Assembly: GCA_950097015.1 (NCBI GenBank)
Contig: CATNEN010000039.1
Location: 1,488,001-1,552,000, forward strand
From: Macrostomum hystrix
Taxonomy: Eukaryota > Animalia > Platyhelminthes
Direction: 5' to 3'
DNA: 64,000 nt
This document shows, piece by piece, positions 1-16,937 of this stretch. The position numbers and the translations under genes were made by a program. The notes beneath the pieces are model-generated. The model saw nothing but the letters and a program-made list of their open reading frames with translations, was not told the origin of the DNA and made no database searches. The first letter of the stretch is position 1, and each line of letters opens with the position of its first letter.

Positions 1-359
1 TCATCTATCCTGTGTCTCATCTATCCTGTGTCTCATCTATCCTGTGTCTCATCTATCCTGTGTCTCATCTATCCTGTGTCTCATCTATCCTGTGTCTCAT
101 CTATCCTGTGTCTCATCTATCCTGTGTCTCATCTATCCTGTGTCTCATCTATCCTGTGTCTCATCTATCCTGTGTCTCATCTATCCTGTGTCTCATCTAT
201 CCTGTGTCTCATCTATCCTGTGTCTCATCTATCCTGTGTCTCATCTATCCTGCGTCTCATCTATCCTCCCCTATCTTACATTTCTAGAGTCAATGCGGCC
301 CGCTGTCGTATTCTAGGTTCTGACTTTGGCCCGCTAGCTAATAACTTCGCCGACCCCTG
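1..359 (-). mobile_element. Second, inverted and partial copy of the same hAT MITE, with (TGTGTCTCATCTATCC)n at 1-268
   Basis: The reverse complement of ~270-359 (CAGGGGTCGGCGAAGTTATTAGCTAGCGGGCCAAAG...GACAGCGGGCCGCATTGACT) aligns with 60610-60700, and the internal 16-bp repeat is related. Confidence 0.85.
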
Positions 360-620
360 GGGCACGCGGAAAATCGATAATAGACTGCGTGTACGAGGCA
401 GGCAGGCCGACCCCCGGCGCACGCGGAAAATCGATAATAGACTGCGTGTACGAGGCAGGCAGGCCGACCCCCGGCGCACGCGGAAAATCGATAATAGACT
501 GCGTGTACGAGGCAGGCAGGCCGCCGGCGCACGCGGAAAATCGATAATAGACTGCGTGTACGAGGCAGGCAGGCCGCCGGCGCACGCGGAAAATCGATAA
601 TAGACTGCGTGTACGAGGCA
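346..620. repeat. ~56-60-bp tandem repeat, ~4.5 copies
   Basis: GGCACGCGGAAAATCGATAATAGACTGCGTGTACGAGGCAGGCAGGCCG(ACCC)CC repeated. Confidence 0.9.
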
Positions 621-888
621 AGCAGACAACAGGGGGCTCAATAAGGAAGGGTACACAGTGCATATTGGAAGAATGACTTAAAAATGGACAAGCACAGTTC
701 CGCGAAAGTGGAGAATGGAAGCGATACGAGCATTCTCAGCTGGAATATATTATCCGAGACCGAGTGTAGTCAAAGCTGGAGTCGCCGTAGCAAGAATCGA
801 ACTTGAACTCTTTAACTCGGTATCGAAGAAGCTCAATGCAGGTATCTCTGAACAGGAATAGCTATTATTAAAAAAAACCTGCACTCAC

Positions 889-3800
889 CCCGCACTTTGT
901 CCGCGCATCGATGCCCGACTTGTTGACGCTGATCAGCAGCTTGAGAATTTCCGCGTGACCAAACTCAGCGGCCACATGCACCGGTGTCTTGCCGCAGAAA
1001 CCCCTGGGTGAAAGAATATTGCGGAAAACTACTTTTGTAGTGATTCGTGTCTATGATTCTGATAATGCGCTATTCGTCAGAACAGGTGTGCTCTGTCTCA
1101 ACAGCCAACTACACCTGTGAAACTGCGAGCCCTTGCTGAGCAGATAAGACACAATCCGATGGTGGCCAAACATGCAGGCGATGTGCAGCGCCGAGTAGCC
1201 GACGACGTCTTTGTGGTTCATCTCGGACGGGTGGAGCTCGATGATGTTGCGGCAGGTCTTGAGCCGGCCGTACCTGGCAGCGTAGTGAATCGGCGCCTGC
1301 TTGTCGTTGTTGGACACGTTGCAGATGGCTCCGGCTGCCAGGAACAGTTGCATGAAGCGGAGGTCGCACTGCTTGGCCGCGTAGTGCAATGGGGTGCTGC
1401 CGCTCTGGTCCCGTTTGTTGATTAGCACGGAAATTTCCTGGCCCTGCGGGTGGCAGCGATCCTGTCCCTGCTGTCCAATCAGGCTCAGTCGCCAATTGGC
1501 CAGAGTCCTCTGTACCTCTGTATTTCACTTACCCGGGCTTTGATTGGCTGGAATATTTTTCCGTCCCCCTAAACCCATCTCACCTTTTCTTCTCTATTCT
1601 AACGCCGCGCCTGACAACCCTGGTGAAAATTCAGTGCCCATTTCACACCCTGGTTTTGTGCAGATAGTCCAGGCAGCCCGAGCCGCCGCCGAGCACAATA
1701 AGGTGCAGGATGTTTCTCTGCTGTTCGTCTTCGACCTGCACGGAGCTGCCGGCCTGCAGGAGAGCCTTCAGTGCCAACAGAGAGTTTTTGTGGGCCGCCA
1801 TGAGCAGCGGCGTGAAGCGCTGACAATCGGGGATCTCCGTATTCGCGCCCTACCAGTTTGGGAGAGAAGGGAAATGAAGGCTGAAATGTGGCGAGCTGAA
1901 GGGGACGGCAACCTGGGACTCAGGTGTGGGTAACCTGGGACTCAGGTGTGGGTAACCTGGGACTCAGGTGTGGGTAACCTGGGACTCAGGTGTGGGTAAC
2001 CTGGGACTCAGGTGTGGGTAACCTGGGACTCAGGTGTGGGTAACCTGGGACTCAGGTGTGGGTAACCTGGGACTCAGGTGTGGGTAACCTGGGACTCAGG
2101 TGTGGGTAACCTGGGACTCAGGTGTGGGTAACCTGGGACTCAGGTGTGGGTAACCTGGGACTCAGGTGTGGGTAACCTGGGACTCAGGTGTGGGTAACCT
2201 GGGACTCAGGTGTGGGCAACCTGGGACTCAGGTGTGGGCAACCTGGGACTCAGCTAAATTGAGAGTTTAAGTGTTGAATATCCCAGATAGCTTTACATCT
2301 AAGCCAGCTGGCGCATCGAAATACAGTTTACAGATTTCCAATCCATTGCCTGGGGCCGAGATTCGAACTCCAGTCTTCTTGGTAAGAAGTCCGAAGCTCT
2401 ACAAGACTCTGAGCTCAATTCCACGCAAAATCAGGTAATTCAACACCTAACCTTCTGGATAAGCCAGGTGACCAGCTTGGCGTGGTCGAACATGGTGGCC
2501 TTGTGCAGCGGGGTGTGGCCGTTCTTGTCGACTGTAGCGAGTATGGCGAAGGTCCTGGCCTCATCCTGATCGCGCAGCATGGCCTCCAACAGGGCCAGCT
2601 CGCCCTTGGTGCAGGCGAAGTGCACCGGCGTTGAGCCGTCCTCCTGCGCCCGATCGATGTCGGCACCGAGGCGCAGGCAGAGCTCCAGCATCCGGACATC
2701 GCCTAAGAGAGTCAGACAGAGGGTAGCGAGAGCAGTGAGTGAGCATAAGAACAGATGCTGTTAATCTTCAATTCGTGGGAGAGAAAGGAAGAAAGAGCTA
2801 GATTGAGAGACCGAGCGACATAGAAATAGAGAGACAGAGAGACAGAAATAGTAACAAAAGGGAGTAGGCGTTCTCTCGCAGTTGCCAGCAGCTCACCAGC
2901 GCTGATGGCAGCGTGCAGCGGCACGTTGCCTTCCACATCGGGGATGTTGACGACATCCTTGGCCGAGTAGCTCTGGTTGGTACTGCAGAACTCCACGAGC
3001 AGCGGCACGGAGCGTAGACTGCCGCTGGCCACGGCCAGGTGGATCGGGAACAAGCCGGTCTCATCCGGCTTGCAGGGGCACAGGCTGTGACTCATCTGAG
3101 CAGTAGGTGACGGATTATAGTGCGATTTGAATCTAGCCAAAAGTCCCAAACCCAACATCGAATTTCCACAGTTCGAAGCAACTTCTGCCAGTCTTCTTGC
3201 GACAGGTCGGCAGTCACCTTCTGCGTCACCGGATGCCTAAAGCCCATTTTATTTCCGTTACCCATTTGCCGTCGTCCATCTCCACTTCCTCGTCTCCCAC
3301 CTCCCCATCTATACATCAGAACCTCCCACCTCCCCATCTATACATCCGAATCTCACACCTCCCCATCTATACATCCGAATCTCACACCTCCCCATCTATA
3401 CATCCGAATCTCACACCTCCCCATCTATACATCTAAATCTCACACCTCCCCATCTATACATCCAAATCTCACACCTCCCCATCTATAAATTCGAATCTCA
3501 CACCTCCCCATCTATACATCCAAATCTCCCACCTCACTATCTTCCATTTCCCAATCTCCCAGCTCTCCATGACAGCTCCTATCTGCACAGCCTTGCCGCG
3601 GCTCAATCAGCCCACCAGCAGCTGAAGGCACTCCACGCTGTCGCGGCTGCAGGCGAAGTGCACCGGTAGGCAGCCGCGGTGTCCGGGAATGTCGGGTCGA
3701 AGTCGCGGACAGTTCAGCAGCTCGGCCAAGCAACGGTGCCGGTTGAGCTCGGCTGCGAGGTGGAGCGGTGACATGCGGATGCGGTGCGTCAGCAGGTTGG

Positions 3801-5260
3801 GATTGGCGCCCAGCGACAGCAGGGTGGCGACAGCCTCCGGACGGTCCGCCTCTACGGCGGCGTGGAGTGGCGTGGCGCCCTGCTTGTCTTGCAGGTCCGG
3901 GTCTACAGGCGGGTTGGTAAACGTGAGTGGAACACTGAGCTCAAATTTCAGCTTGGATTGCGCAACAGACCCTACAAAGAATATGTCGATTGCGCGAAGC
4001 GTCTACGGTTCCCCCTCACCCAGCTCCAGTTCAGTCAGCAGCTTGATGGCGCCGACAAATCCCAGCCGGGCCGCAATGTGCAGCAGCGACTGGCCTAGCT
4101 TGTCGGCGCGGCGGTAGGAGCGCTGCCCATCACGACCGCAGACCGTCTCCAGCCCGGGGAGGTCGCCGTCAGTCAGCAGCTGCGCGGAGGAAAGAAGAAG
4201 AAAGACGTGTCACCCTTTGGATAAGACTCGCCAGCCAGTCCACTTCAGAGCCCTCTCTGAGCACAGGAGGGATGGATCACGCACTCGCTCAGCTGAGCAC
4301 TCTCTGAGCACAGGAGGGATGGATCACGCACTCGCTCAGCTGAGCACTCTTCGAGCACAGGAGGGATGGGTCACGCACTCGCTCAGCTGATCACTCTCTG
4401 AGCACAGGAGGGATGGATCCATCAAATAAAGGATGGATCACGCACTCGCTCAGCTGATCACTCTATGCGCACAGGAGGGATGGATCACGCACTCGCTCAG
4501 CTGATCACTCTCTGAGCACAGGAGGGATGGATCACGCACTCGCTCAGCTGAGCACTCTCTGAGCACAGGAGGGATGGATCACGCACTCGCTCAGCTGAGC
4601 ACTCTTCGAGCACAGGAGGGATGGGTCACGCACTCGCTCAGCTGATCACTCTCTGAGCACAGTAGGGATGGATCCATCAAATAAAGGATGGATCACGCAC
4701 TCGCTCAGCTGATCACTCTATGAGCACAGGAGGGATGGATCACGCACTCGCTCAGCTGATCACTCTCTGAGCACAGGAGGGATGGATCACGCACTCGCTC
4801 AGCTGAGCACTCTATGAGCAAATAAAGGATGGATCACGCACTCGCTCAGCTGATCACTCTATGAGCAAATAAAGGATGGATCACGCACTCGCTCAGCTGA
4901 TCACTCTATGAGCAAATAAAGGATGGATCACGCACTCGCTCAGCTGATCACTCTATGAGCAAATAAAGGATGGATCACGCACTCGCTCAGCTGAGCACTC
5001 TATGAGCACAGGAGAGCCAACGTGTTTCAAGGCCCCAGTTTCACCTGCTGATAGTCTGACTCGCTGATAGCCTCGCCCGCAAGCGCCGGCGTGTCGGTTG
5101 GCTCCGGAGAGGCCAAAGCCGCCTCCCTGGCCAGGCGGCGCCGCCTTTGAAGTTGTTGCTGCAGACGGCGCCGGCTGATCCCCCCGCCGCTGCCGAGCAC
5201 GTATTTCTCGGTTGACTGAGTGGAATCCACACTGCCCTCTCTGGCCTCGAGCAGCTCCAT
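889..5260 (-). CDS. TRPA1: TRPA1-like transient receptor potential channel, N-terminal ankyrin-repeat region (partial; continues beyond the left edge)
   Basis: Phase-consistent GT-AG exons 5260-5045, 4179-4020, 3902-3616, 3095-2897, 2702-2452, 1849-1649, 1443-1115, 1003-889. Consecutive ankyrin repeats carry TRPA1-like motifs in TRPA1 order: TPLHKATMFDH, TPLLMAA, RNILHLIV, TPLHYAAK, PIHYAARYGRLKTCR, SALHIACMFGHHRIVSYLLSKGSQFHR. The channel domain is outside the window and the start codon is tentative. Confidence 0.85.
1910..2253. repeat. 22-bp minisatellite
   Basis: (AACCTGGGACTCAGGTGTGGGT)n in a TRPA1 intron. Confidence 0.95.
2350..2415 (-). mobile_element. Decayed tRNA-derived SINE head / pseudo-tRNA
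   Basis: Minus strand AGCTCAG...GTAGAGC (A-box-like) and GAGTTCGAATC (B-box); aligns with 49721-49786. Confidence 0.55.
3296..3535. repeat. 29-bp minisatellite
   Basis: (CACCTCCCCATCTATACATCCGAATCTCA)n. Confidence 0.9.
4253..5012. repeat. ~47-bp minisatellite filling most of TRPA1 coding intron 1
   Basis: GAGCACAGGAGGGATGGATCACGCACTCGCTCAGCTGA(G/T)CACTCT(C/A)T repeated with variants. Confidence 0.95.
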
Positions 5261-6428
5261 GCTTCTGTGCCACCGTGTCCTGCAGCCCAGCCAGAGTATT
5301 TATGCCCGCCTCCATCTGGACATTATCGGTCCGATGCCGAATATGTATGCCCAACTGCATCTAGACATTATCGGACCAATATTGGTGGGAGTCAATAAAG
5401 CGGCTATCGGGATCGACCCAGCCGCTGGGGGAAGTGCGGCCATCGAGCCAATCTATTTAATTATCGATGGTGATTACCTGATCAGTTGGCAACTGAGCGC
5501 TGATCAATATTGACAGTCGGGAGGCTGTAGGAACCTTCCGAGAATCCAGGGACACTGTTTCATCACCACAATCTCGTTGATGACGTCCGGAAACTGACAG
5601 AAAAAATGAAGTCAATCAATCAGTTTTTTGACAATCAGAGAAATCAAAGCGGTTCGTGCGCAGTCTGTCAACAGATTTTATTGTGCAGCCTTTCATAACG
5701 ACAAAGAATTGCACTAACATTGATTGGAGTAAGAGTTTTTACCTGCGTATAGCGAGTACGGTATCTTTGAAGACTTTCGAAATCAGCCACTAGAAGCAGG
5801 ATATTTTAGCATTAACAAATGAACAAATTAGAAAGGCCAGGGAGCGGTCGTGTTTTTTGGACGAAGCGCAAAGGTTTAAAAAAATTAGGCTGCAACTTCT
5901 TCAATGAAAGCTGGGACAAACAGCTGCTCGATTGGGATTCGCCTTCGCTTTCTTCGACTTGGCTGGGTCTGCGTGAAAGGTTCCTTCATAGCGCGAATGA
6001 ACCGAAACAGTTTTATGGAAACGGAGGGACAGGGCATTGAAAATGAGAGCATCTTGTTGGCTGGCAGAGCTCAAAATGGGCGCTTTGAACCATAAATTGG
6101 ATTCCAAAGACAATGGGAATCTAATGATAATGGGAATAATGGGATTTTAAGGACAGTGGTAGAAGGCTTAGGGATCCAGGTGTAAAAAAGCTGTGAGAGA
6201 GGCCAGGGATACAAAGGAGCGACAGTGATTGCTCAATCCACGCCAACGGAAGTGTTGCGCGATGCCCCAAAGCGTTGGACGAAACAAAAAAGTGAACTCT
6301 CAACAAGAGTAAAAAATGGCTTCTTACTGCGCGCAGGCTGAGTTGAAAAGCTGAGTTCGGTCAAACGCAAGCAGTCTGTCAAACAACAAGTAGAGATTTT
6401 TCCTCTCCAGAATTCGAACCCTATGCGC

Positions 6429-12069
<5,641 letters not shown>

Positions 12070-12541
12070 GGCGATGATGGCGGCCAGGTGGTACCCGACC
12101 AGTCGCTGGCGCCGCTGCTGCTGCTCCTCCGCCTGGGCTGCCGCTCGGGCCTGAGCTGACAGCGGGTGGCTGGGCTGCGTGAACGGCTTTTCCTTGTCGT
12201 GCCCGCTTTGTAGATTCAGGAATGTACTTTTAACTACAAGCTCAACGGCCTCTCTGCAGCTCTAGCACGGTGCTCACACCTGTCCCTGTCTCTCTGTGCT
12301 ATCGAGTCCGACGTCTTCTTCAAGCTAACATGGGGACTGTGGTATTGTCTTCCGGCCTCTTTAATATGGAAAGTCTACGGCCTTAAAGAAATCTTTTGCG
12401 GCTCGAATCCACACACAGTGAAATTTCCTGGCTGCATTTGTTTGTGGGATAAAAGTTCCAGCACAACCACACAATGGCCTCTTCCCCTCTCCCATCGAGC
12501 CTGCCTGCCAGCCTGCATCTCCCACTAACCTGCAGAGGGGT

Positions 12542-12577
12542 GGGTTAGGGTTAGGGTTAGGCTTAGGGTTAGGGTTG
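12542..12577 (+). repeat. Interstitial (TTAGGG)n-like tract
   Basis: GGGTTAGGGTTAGGGTTAGGCTTAGGGTTAGGGTT. Confidence 0.8.
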
Positions 12578-13157
12578 GATCGCTGGACGCTCCGGCGCAC
12601 CTTCTGATCCGAGCGTTCCCCGTGGCCCTCATTTTTCCCCATACGCATCGTTCGAGCTGTAATCCCCCCCCACCAGTATCGACCCGGCCAGCCAGCCGTG
12701 GAGGGTCCGCGGGTCATTTTTTATTGGGTCTAGCGCCGGACGGGCTTGGGGGGCACAAGGGAACAACGCAACAGTTTTGTAGGGATCCGTGTTCGAAGAG
12801 GATTTCATCCCCTCCGAATGCAAAGTGTTTGTACATCGGCTCCCCTGTATGAGGAATTGTGGACAGTGGAAGATAAGGGAGTGCGGCGCGTCTTCTGCGG
12901 CATTCGCGTTCCGTTGGCGCGCAAAGCTGGGGAGAGCGAAGCAGCTGCCGTGTAGGTAGCTCATTTGCTGCTAAAAATCCAGGATGGAAACTGCAAGCAC
13001 ATTTCTTTAATGGGATGGACTGAGCAAAGTAGTTCATATTAGAATAAACTTTGATTTACAACTGCGAGTACACTTCAATTGTCAGTACTCCCATGACTGT
13101 TTCATAATCTTTTTTTTCGTTGCATGCTACTAATGGTAGCAGTGACTTTGCGACTTT

Positions 13158-13216
13158 GCGAGCTCAGGGACCTTGGTGCGAGAGGCAAAGGCGAGACCGC
13201 TCTGCCACTGACCCCG
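13158..13216 (-). mobile_element. Decayed tRNA-like SINE head
   Basis: Near-copy of 11118-11170; directly abuts the 21-bp array. Confidence 0.5.
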
Positions 13217-13863
13217 CACTAACGTGTTAGACACCAGCACTAACCTGTTAGACACCAGCACTAACCTGTTAGACACCAGCACTAACCTGTTAGACACCAG
13301 CACTAACCTGTTAGACACCAGCACTAACCTGTTAGACACCAGCACTAACCTGTTAGACACCAGCACTAACCTGTTAGACACCAGCACTAACCTGTTAGAC
13401 ACCAGCACTAACCTGTTAGACACCAGCACTAATCTGTTAGACACCAGCACTAACCTGTTAGACACCAGCACTAACCTGTTAGACACCAGCACTAACCTGT
13501 TAGACACCAGCACTAACCTGTTAGACACCAGCACTAATCTGTTAGACACCAGCACTAACCTGTTAGACACCAGCACTAACCTGTTAGACACCAGCACTAA
13601 CCTGTTAGACACCAGCACTAACCTGTTAGACACCAGCACTAACCTGTTAGACACCAGCACTAACCTGTTAGACACTAGCACTAACCTGTTAGACACTAGC
13701 ACTAACCTGTTAGACACCAGCACTAACCTGTTAGACACCAGCACTAACCTGTTAGACACCAGCACTAACCTGTTAGACACCAGCATTAACCTGTTAGACA
13801 CCAGCACTAACCTGTTAGACACCAGCACTAACCTGTTAGACACCAGCACTAACCTGTCAGACA
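13217..13863. repeat. 21-bp minisatellite
   Basis: (CTGTTAGACACCAGCACTAAC)n, ~30 copies. Confidence 0.97.
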
Positions 13864-14183
13864 GGGAACACAATTTCTGCTACACCCTGTGTGTTTCTGT
13901 TACACACCTGTAAGGCAATAAATTATTGAGCAGTGACAGTTCACGTAAACGCCATTTTACCCTTTAATTATTTCGCTGGAACCGTGCTCAGTCTGTCACA
14001 AGCGCACCTGAGCTTAGAGCAATGTCACACGCAATATCTTAGAGCTGGACTCACCTGCCGGCTCAGACTAGCGAATAGTTAGACACCCTGAACAGTATCC
14101 GAGGCGATCCCGGACTCAATTTCAAGCATGCGGAGAATGTCTGCGCTGCAACCGTAGCACTTGAGCACTGCTCAGCGAAACTG

Positions 14184-14427
14184 CACTTGCCTCTACTTGC
14201 CTCTACTTGCCTCTACTTGCCCCTACTTGCCTCTACTTGCCTCTACTTGCCTCTACTTGCCTCTACTTGCCTCTACTTGCCCCTACTTGCCTCTACTTGC
14301 CCCTACTTGCCTCTACTTGCCTCTACTTGCCTCTACTTGCCTCTACTTGCCTCTACTTGCCCCTACTTGCCTCTACTTGCCTCTACTTGCCTCTACTTGC
14401 CTCTACTTGCCTCTACTTGCCTCTACT
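14184..14427. repeat. 10-bp tandem repeat
   Basis: (CTTGCCTCTA)n. Confidence 0.95.
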
Positions 14428-14735
14428 ACAGTCGATCTGCGAAATCGAAAGGTGGCAGCTGCGGCCAGGCTGGGAGTGGGGAGTGCGCGGCACGGGGGAT
14501 GCGCATACAGGCTGGGAGTTTCCTCCCTCATTCGGGACTGACTTTCTATGCGCCCAGATACGGCAGCCGCGGGGCCACCTGGCTTCTGGGGGCCAACCGG
14601 GGGGTCGTGGGAGCCTGGCCCGCCCCAGCAACCAATCTTTAACTCTGTTCCTCGCCTTGACCCGGAGAAGAGGCGAAAATATTGCTGCCGCGGAAGGAAA
14701 TGAATTGAATTAGATGGCTAGACAATGCGGATGCC

Positions 14736-15030
14736 TGTGTGTGAGTGTGTGAGTGTGTGAGTGTGTGAGTGTGTGAGTGTGTGAGTGTGTGTGAGTGTGT
14801 GAGTGTGTGAGTGTGTGAGTGTGTGAGTGTGTGTGAGTGTGTGAGTGTGTGAGTGTGTGAGTGTGTGTGAGTGTGTGTGTGTGTGTGAGTGTGTGAGTGT
14901 GTGTGAGTGTGTGAGTGTGTGAGTGTGTGAGTGTGTGAGTGTGTGTGAGTGTATGTGAGTGTGTGTGAGTGTGTGTGAGTGTGTGCGTGTGTGAGTGTGT
15001 GAGTGTGTGAGTGTGTGATTATGTGAGTGT
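14736..15030. repeat. GT/GA compound microsatellite
   Basis: (GTGTGTGA)n variants. Confidence 0.95.
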
Positions 15031-15039
15031 TAGTGTCAC

Positions 15040-15365
15040 TCATTTCCCTACTTTAATATCATTTCCCAACTGGGGGATCATTTCCCAACTGTGGGATCAT
15101 TTCCCAACTGTGGGATCATTTCCCAACTGTGTGATAATTTCCTAACTGGGGGATCATTTCCCAACTGGGGGATCATTTCCCAACTGGGGGATCATTTCCC
15201 AACTGTGGGATCATTTCCCAACTGTGTGATCATTTCCCAACTGGGGGATCATTTCCCAACTGTGGGATCATTTCCCAACTGTGGGATCATTTCCCAACTG
15301 TGGGATCATTTCCCAACTGTGGAATCATTTCCCAACTGTGGGATCATTTCCCAACTGTGGGATCG
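15040..15365. repeat. 19-bp minisatellite
   Basis: (TCATTTCCCAACTG(T/G)GGGA)n. Confidence 0.9.
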
Positions 15366-15767
15366 TTTTCTCAGCTCAAAGATGAATTTCCAACAGAGAT
15401 CCAACGGCAAGTGCCAGGTAAATAGCCCAGCACTGAAAGGAAAATTGTGTACAAGTTTGTCTTGAACTAATAGTCGATTTGCCTCTGCCACCACAACAGC
15501 TTGATCTGAACTGGTGCTTCAGAAACAGCTGCTGTGCTCTACAATGTATTTGAATGCACTCACAGAGACTGCGGTGACTGAATCATCAGTATGCCTTAGT
15601 AACCAGTGAGCAGTAAGAGTATTACGTATTTTTTACAGAGAATCGAACTGATGGCGTGGGGTTGCCAGAATTGACGCAAGCGCTCTAAGATGACATAATA
15701 CAACTGTCTCTGCAGGGAAATAGTAGTACAGTTAGTATAGTAGGGCTATGCTGCCGCCTGGTAACAA

Positions 15768-16644
15768 CTGTTAGACACAGTGCAGTACCACCTGTTAGAC
15801 ACAGTGCAGTACCACCTGTTAGACACAGTGCAGTACCACCTGTTAGACACAGTGCAGTACCACCTGTTAGACACAGTGCAGTACCACCTGTTAGACACAG
15901 TGCAGTACCACCTGTTAGACACAGTGCAGTACCACCTGTTAGACACAGTGCAGTACCACCTGTTAGACACAGTGCAGTACCACCTGTTAGACACAGTGCA
16001 GTACCACCTGTTAGACACAGTGCAGTACCACCTGTTAGACACAGTGCAGTACCACCTGTTAGACACAGTGCAGTACCACCTGTTAGACACAGTGCAGTAC
16101 CACCTGTTAGACACAGTGCAGTACCACCTGTTAGACACAGTGCAGTACCACCTGTTAGACACAGTGCAGTACCACCTGTTAGACACAGTGCAGTACCACC
16201 TGTTAGACACAGTGCAGTACCACCTGTTAGACACAGTGCAGTACCACCTGTTAGACACAGTGCAGTACCACCTGTTAGACACAGTGCAGTACCACCTGTT
16301 AGACACAGTGCAGTACCACCTGTTAGACACAGTGCAGTACCACCTGTTAGACACAGTGCAGTACCACCTGTTAGACACAGTGCAGTACCACCTGTTAGAC
16401 ACAGTGCAGTACCACCTGTTAGACACAGTGCAGTACCACCTGTTAGACACAGTGCAGTATCACCTGTTAGACACAGTGCAGTACCACCTGTTAGACACAG
16501 TGCAGTACCACCTGTTAGACACAGTGGGTACCACCTGTTAGACACAGTGGGTACCACCTGTTAGACACAGTGGGTACCACCTGTTAGACACAGTGGGTAC
16601 CACCTGTTAGACACAGTGGGTACCACCTGTTAGACACAGTGGGT
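15768..16644. repeat. 24-bp minisatellite
   Basis: (CTGTTAGACACAGTGCAGTACCAC)n, ~36 near-identical copies. Confidence 0.97.
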
Positions 16645-16937
16645 CAGCAGTGCACAAGTAAATTATAAGATTTTCTGGCCAGAGACAACACAGAGAAAAT
16701 AAGGACTTAGCGGTTTTACTTAGAGCATAAAAATCACACAGAAGCAAGTAGAACAGGGTTTAGATGAGTATCTTGACTATAAACAATATCTTGAGTTTTA
16801 CTATGATACTGACCATTTTTAAATGAACAAACTGAATAAACTCGCCTAAGGACAAATCAACTGATTCGCATGAGGCCCACATTGAGAAAGAAAAAATCAT
16901 TTTTAAACAGCTGGAACGGCGCCGAGCGGTGTTAGGT

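Noticed and set aside
2350-2415. Functional tRNA genes here and at 49721 and 53217
   Set aside because: A/B boxes are present but the acceptor and anticodon stems do not pair properly.
13130-16557. Long repetitive ORFs (LVLVSNR, LLDTSTN, GGTALCLT, QYHLLDTV)
   Set aside because: Translations of stop-free minisatellites, open in several frames on both strands.
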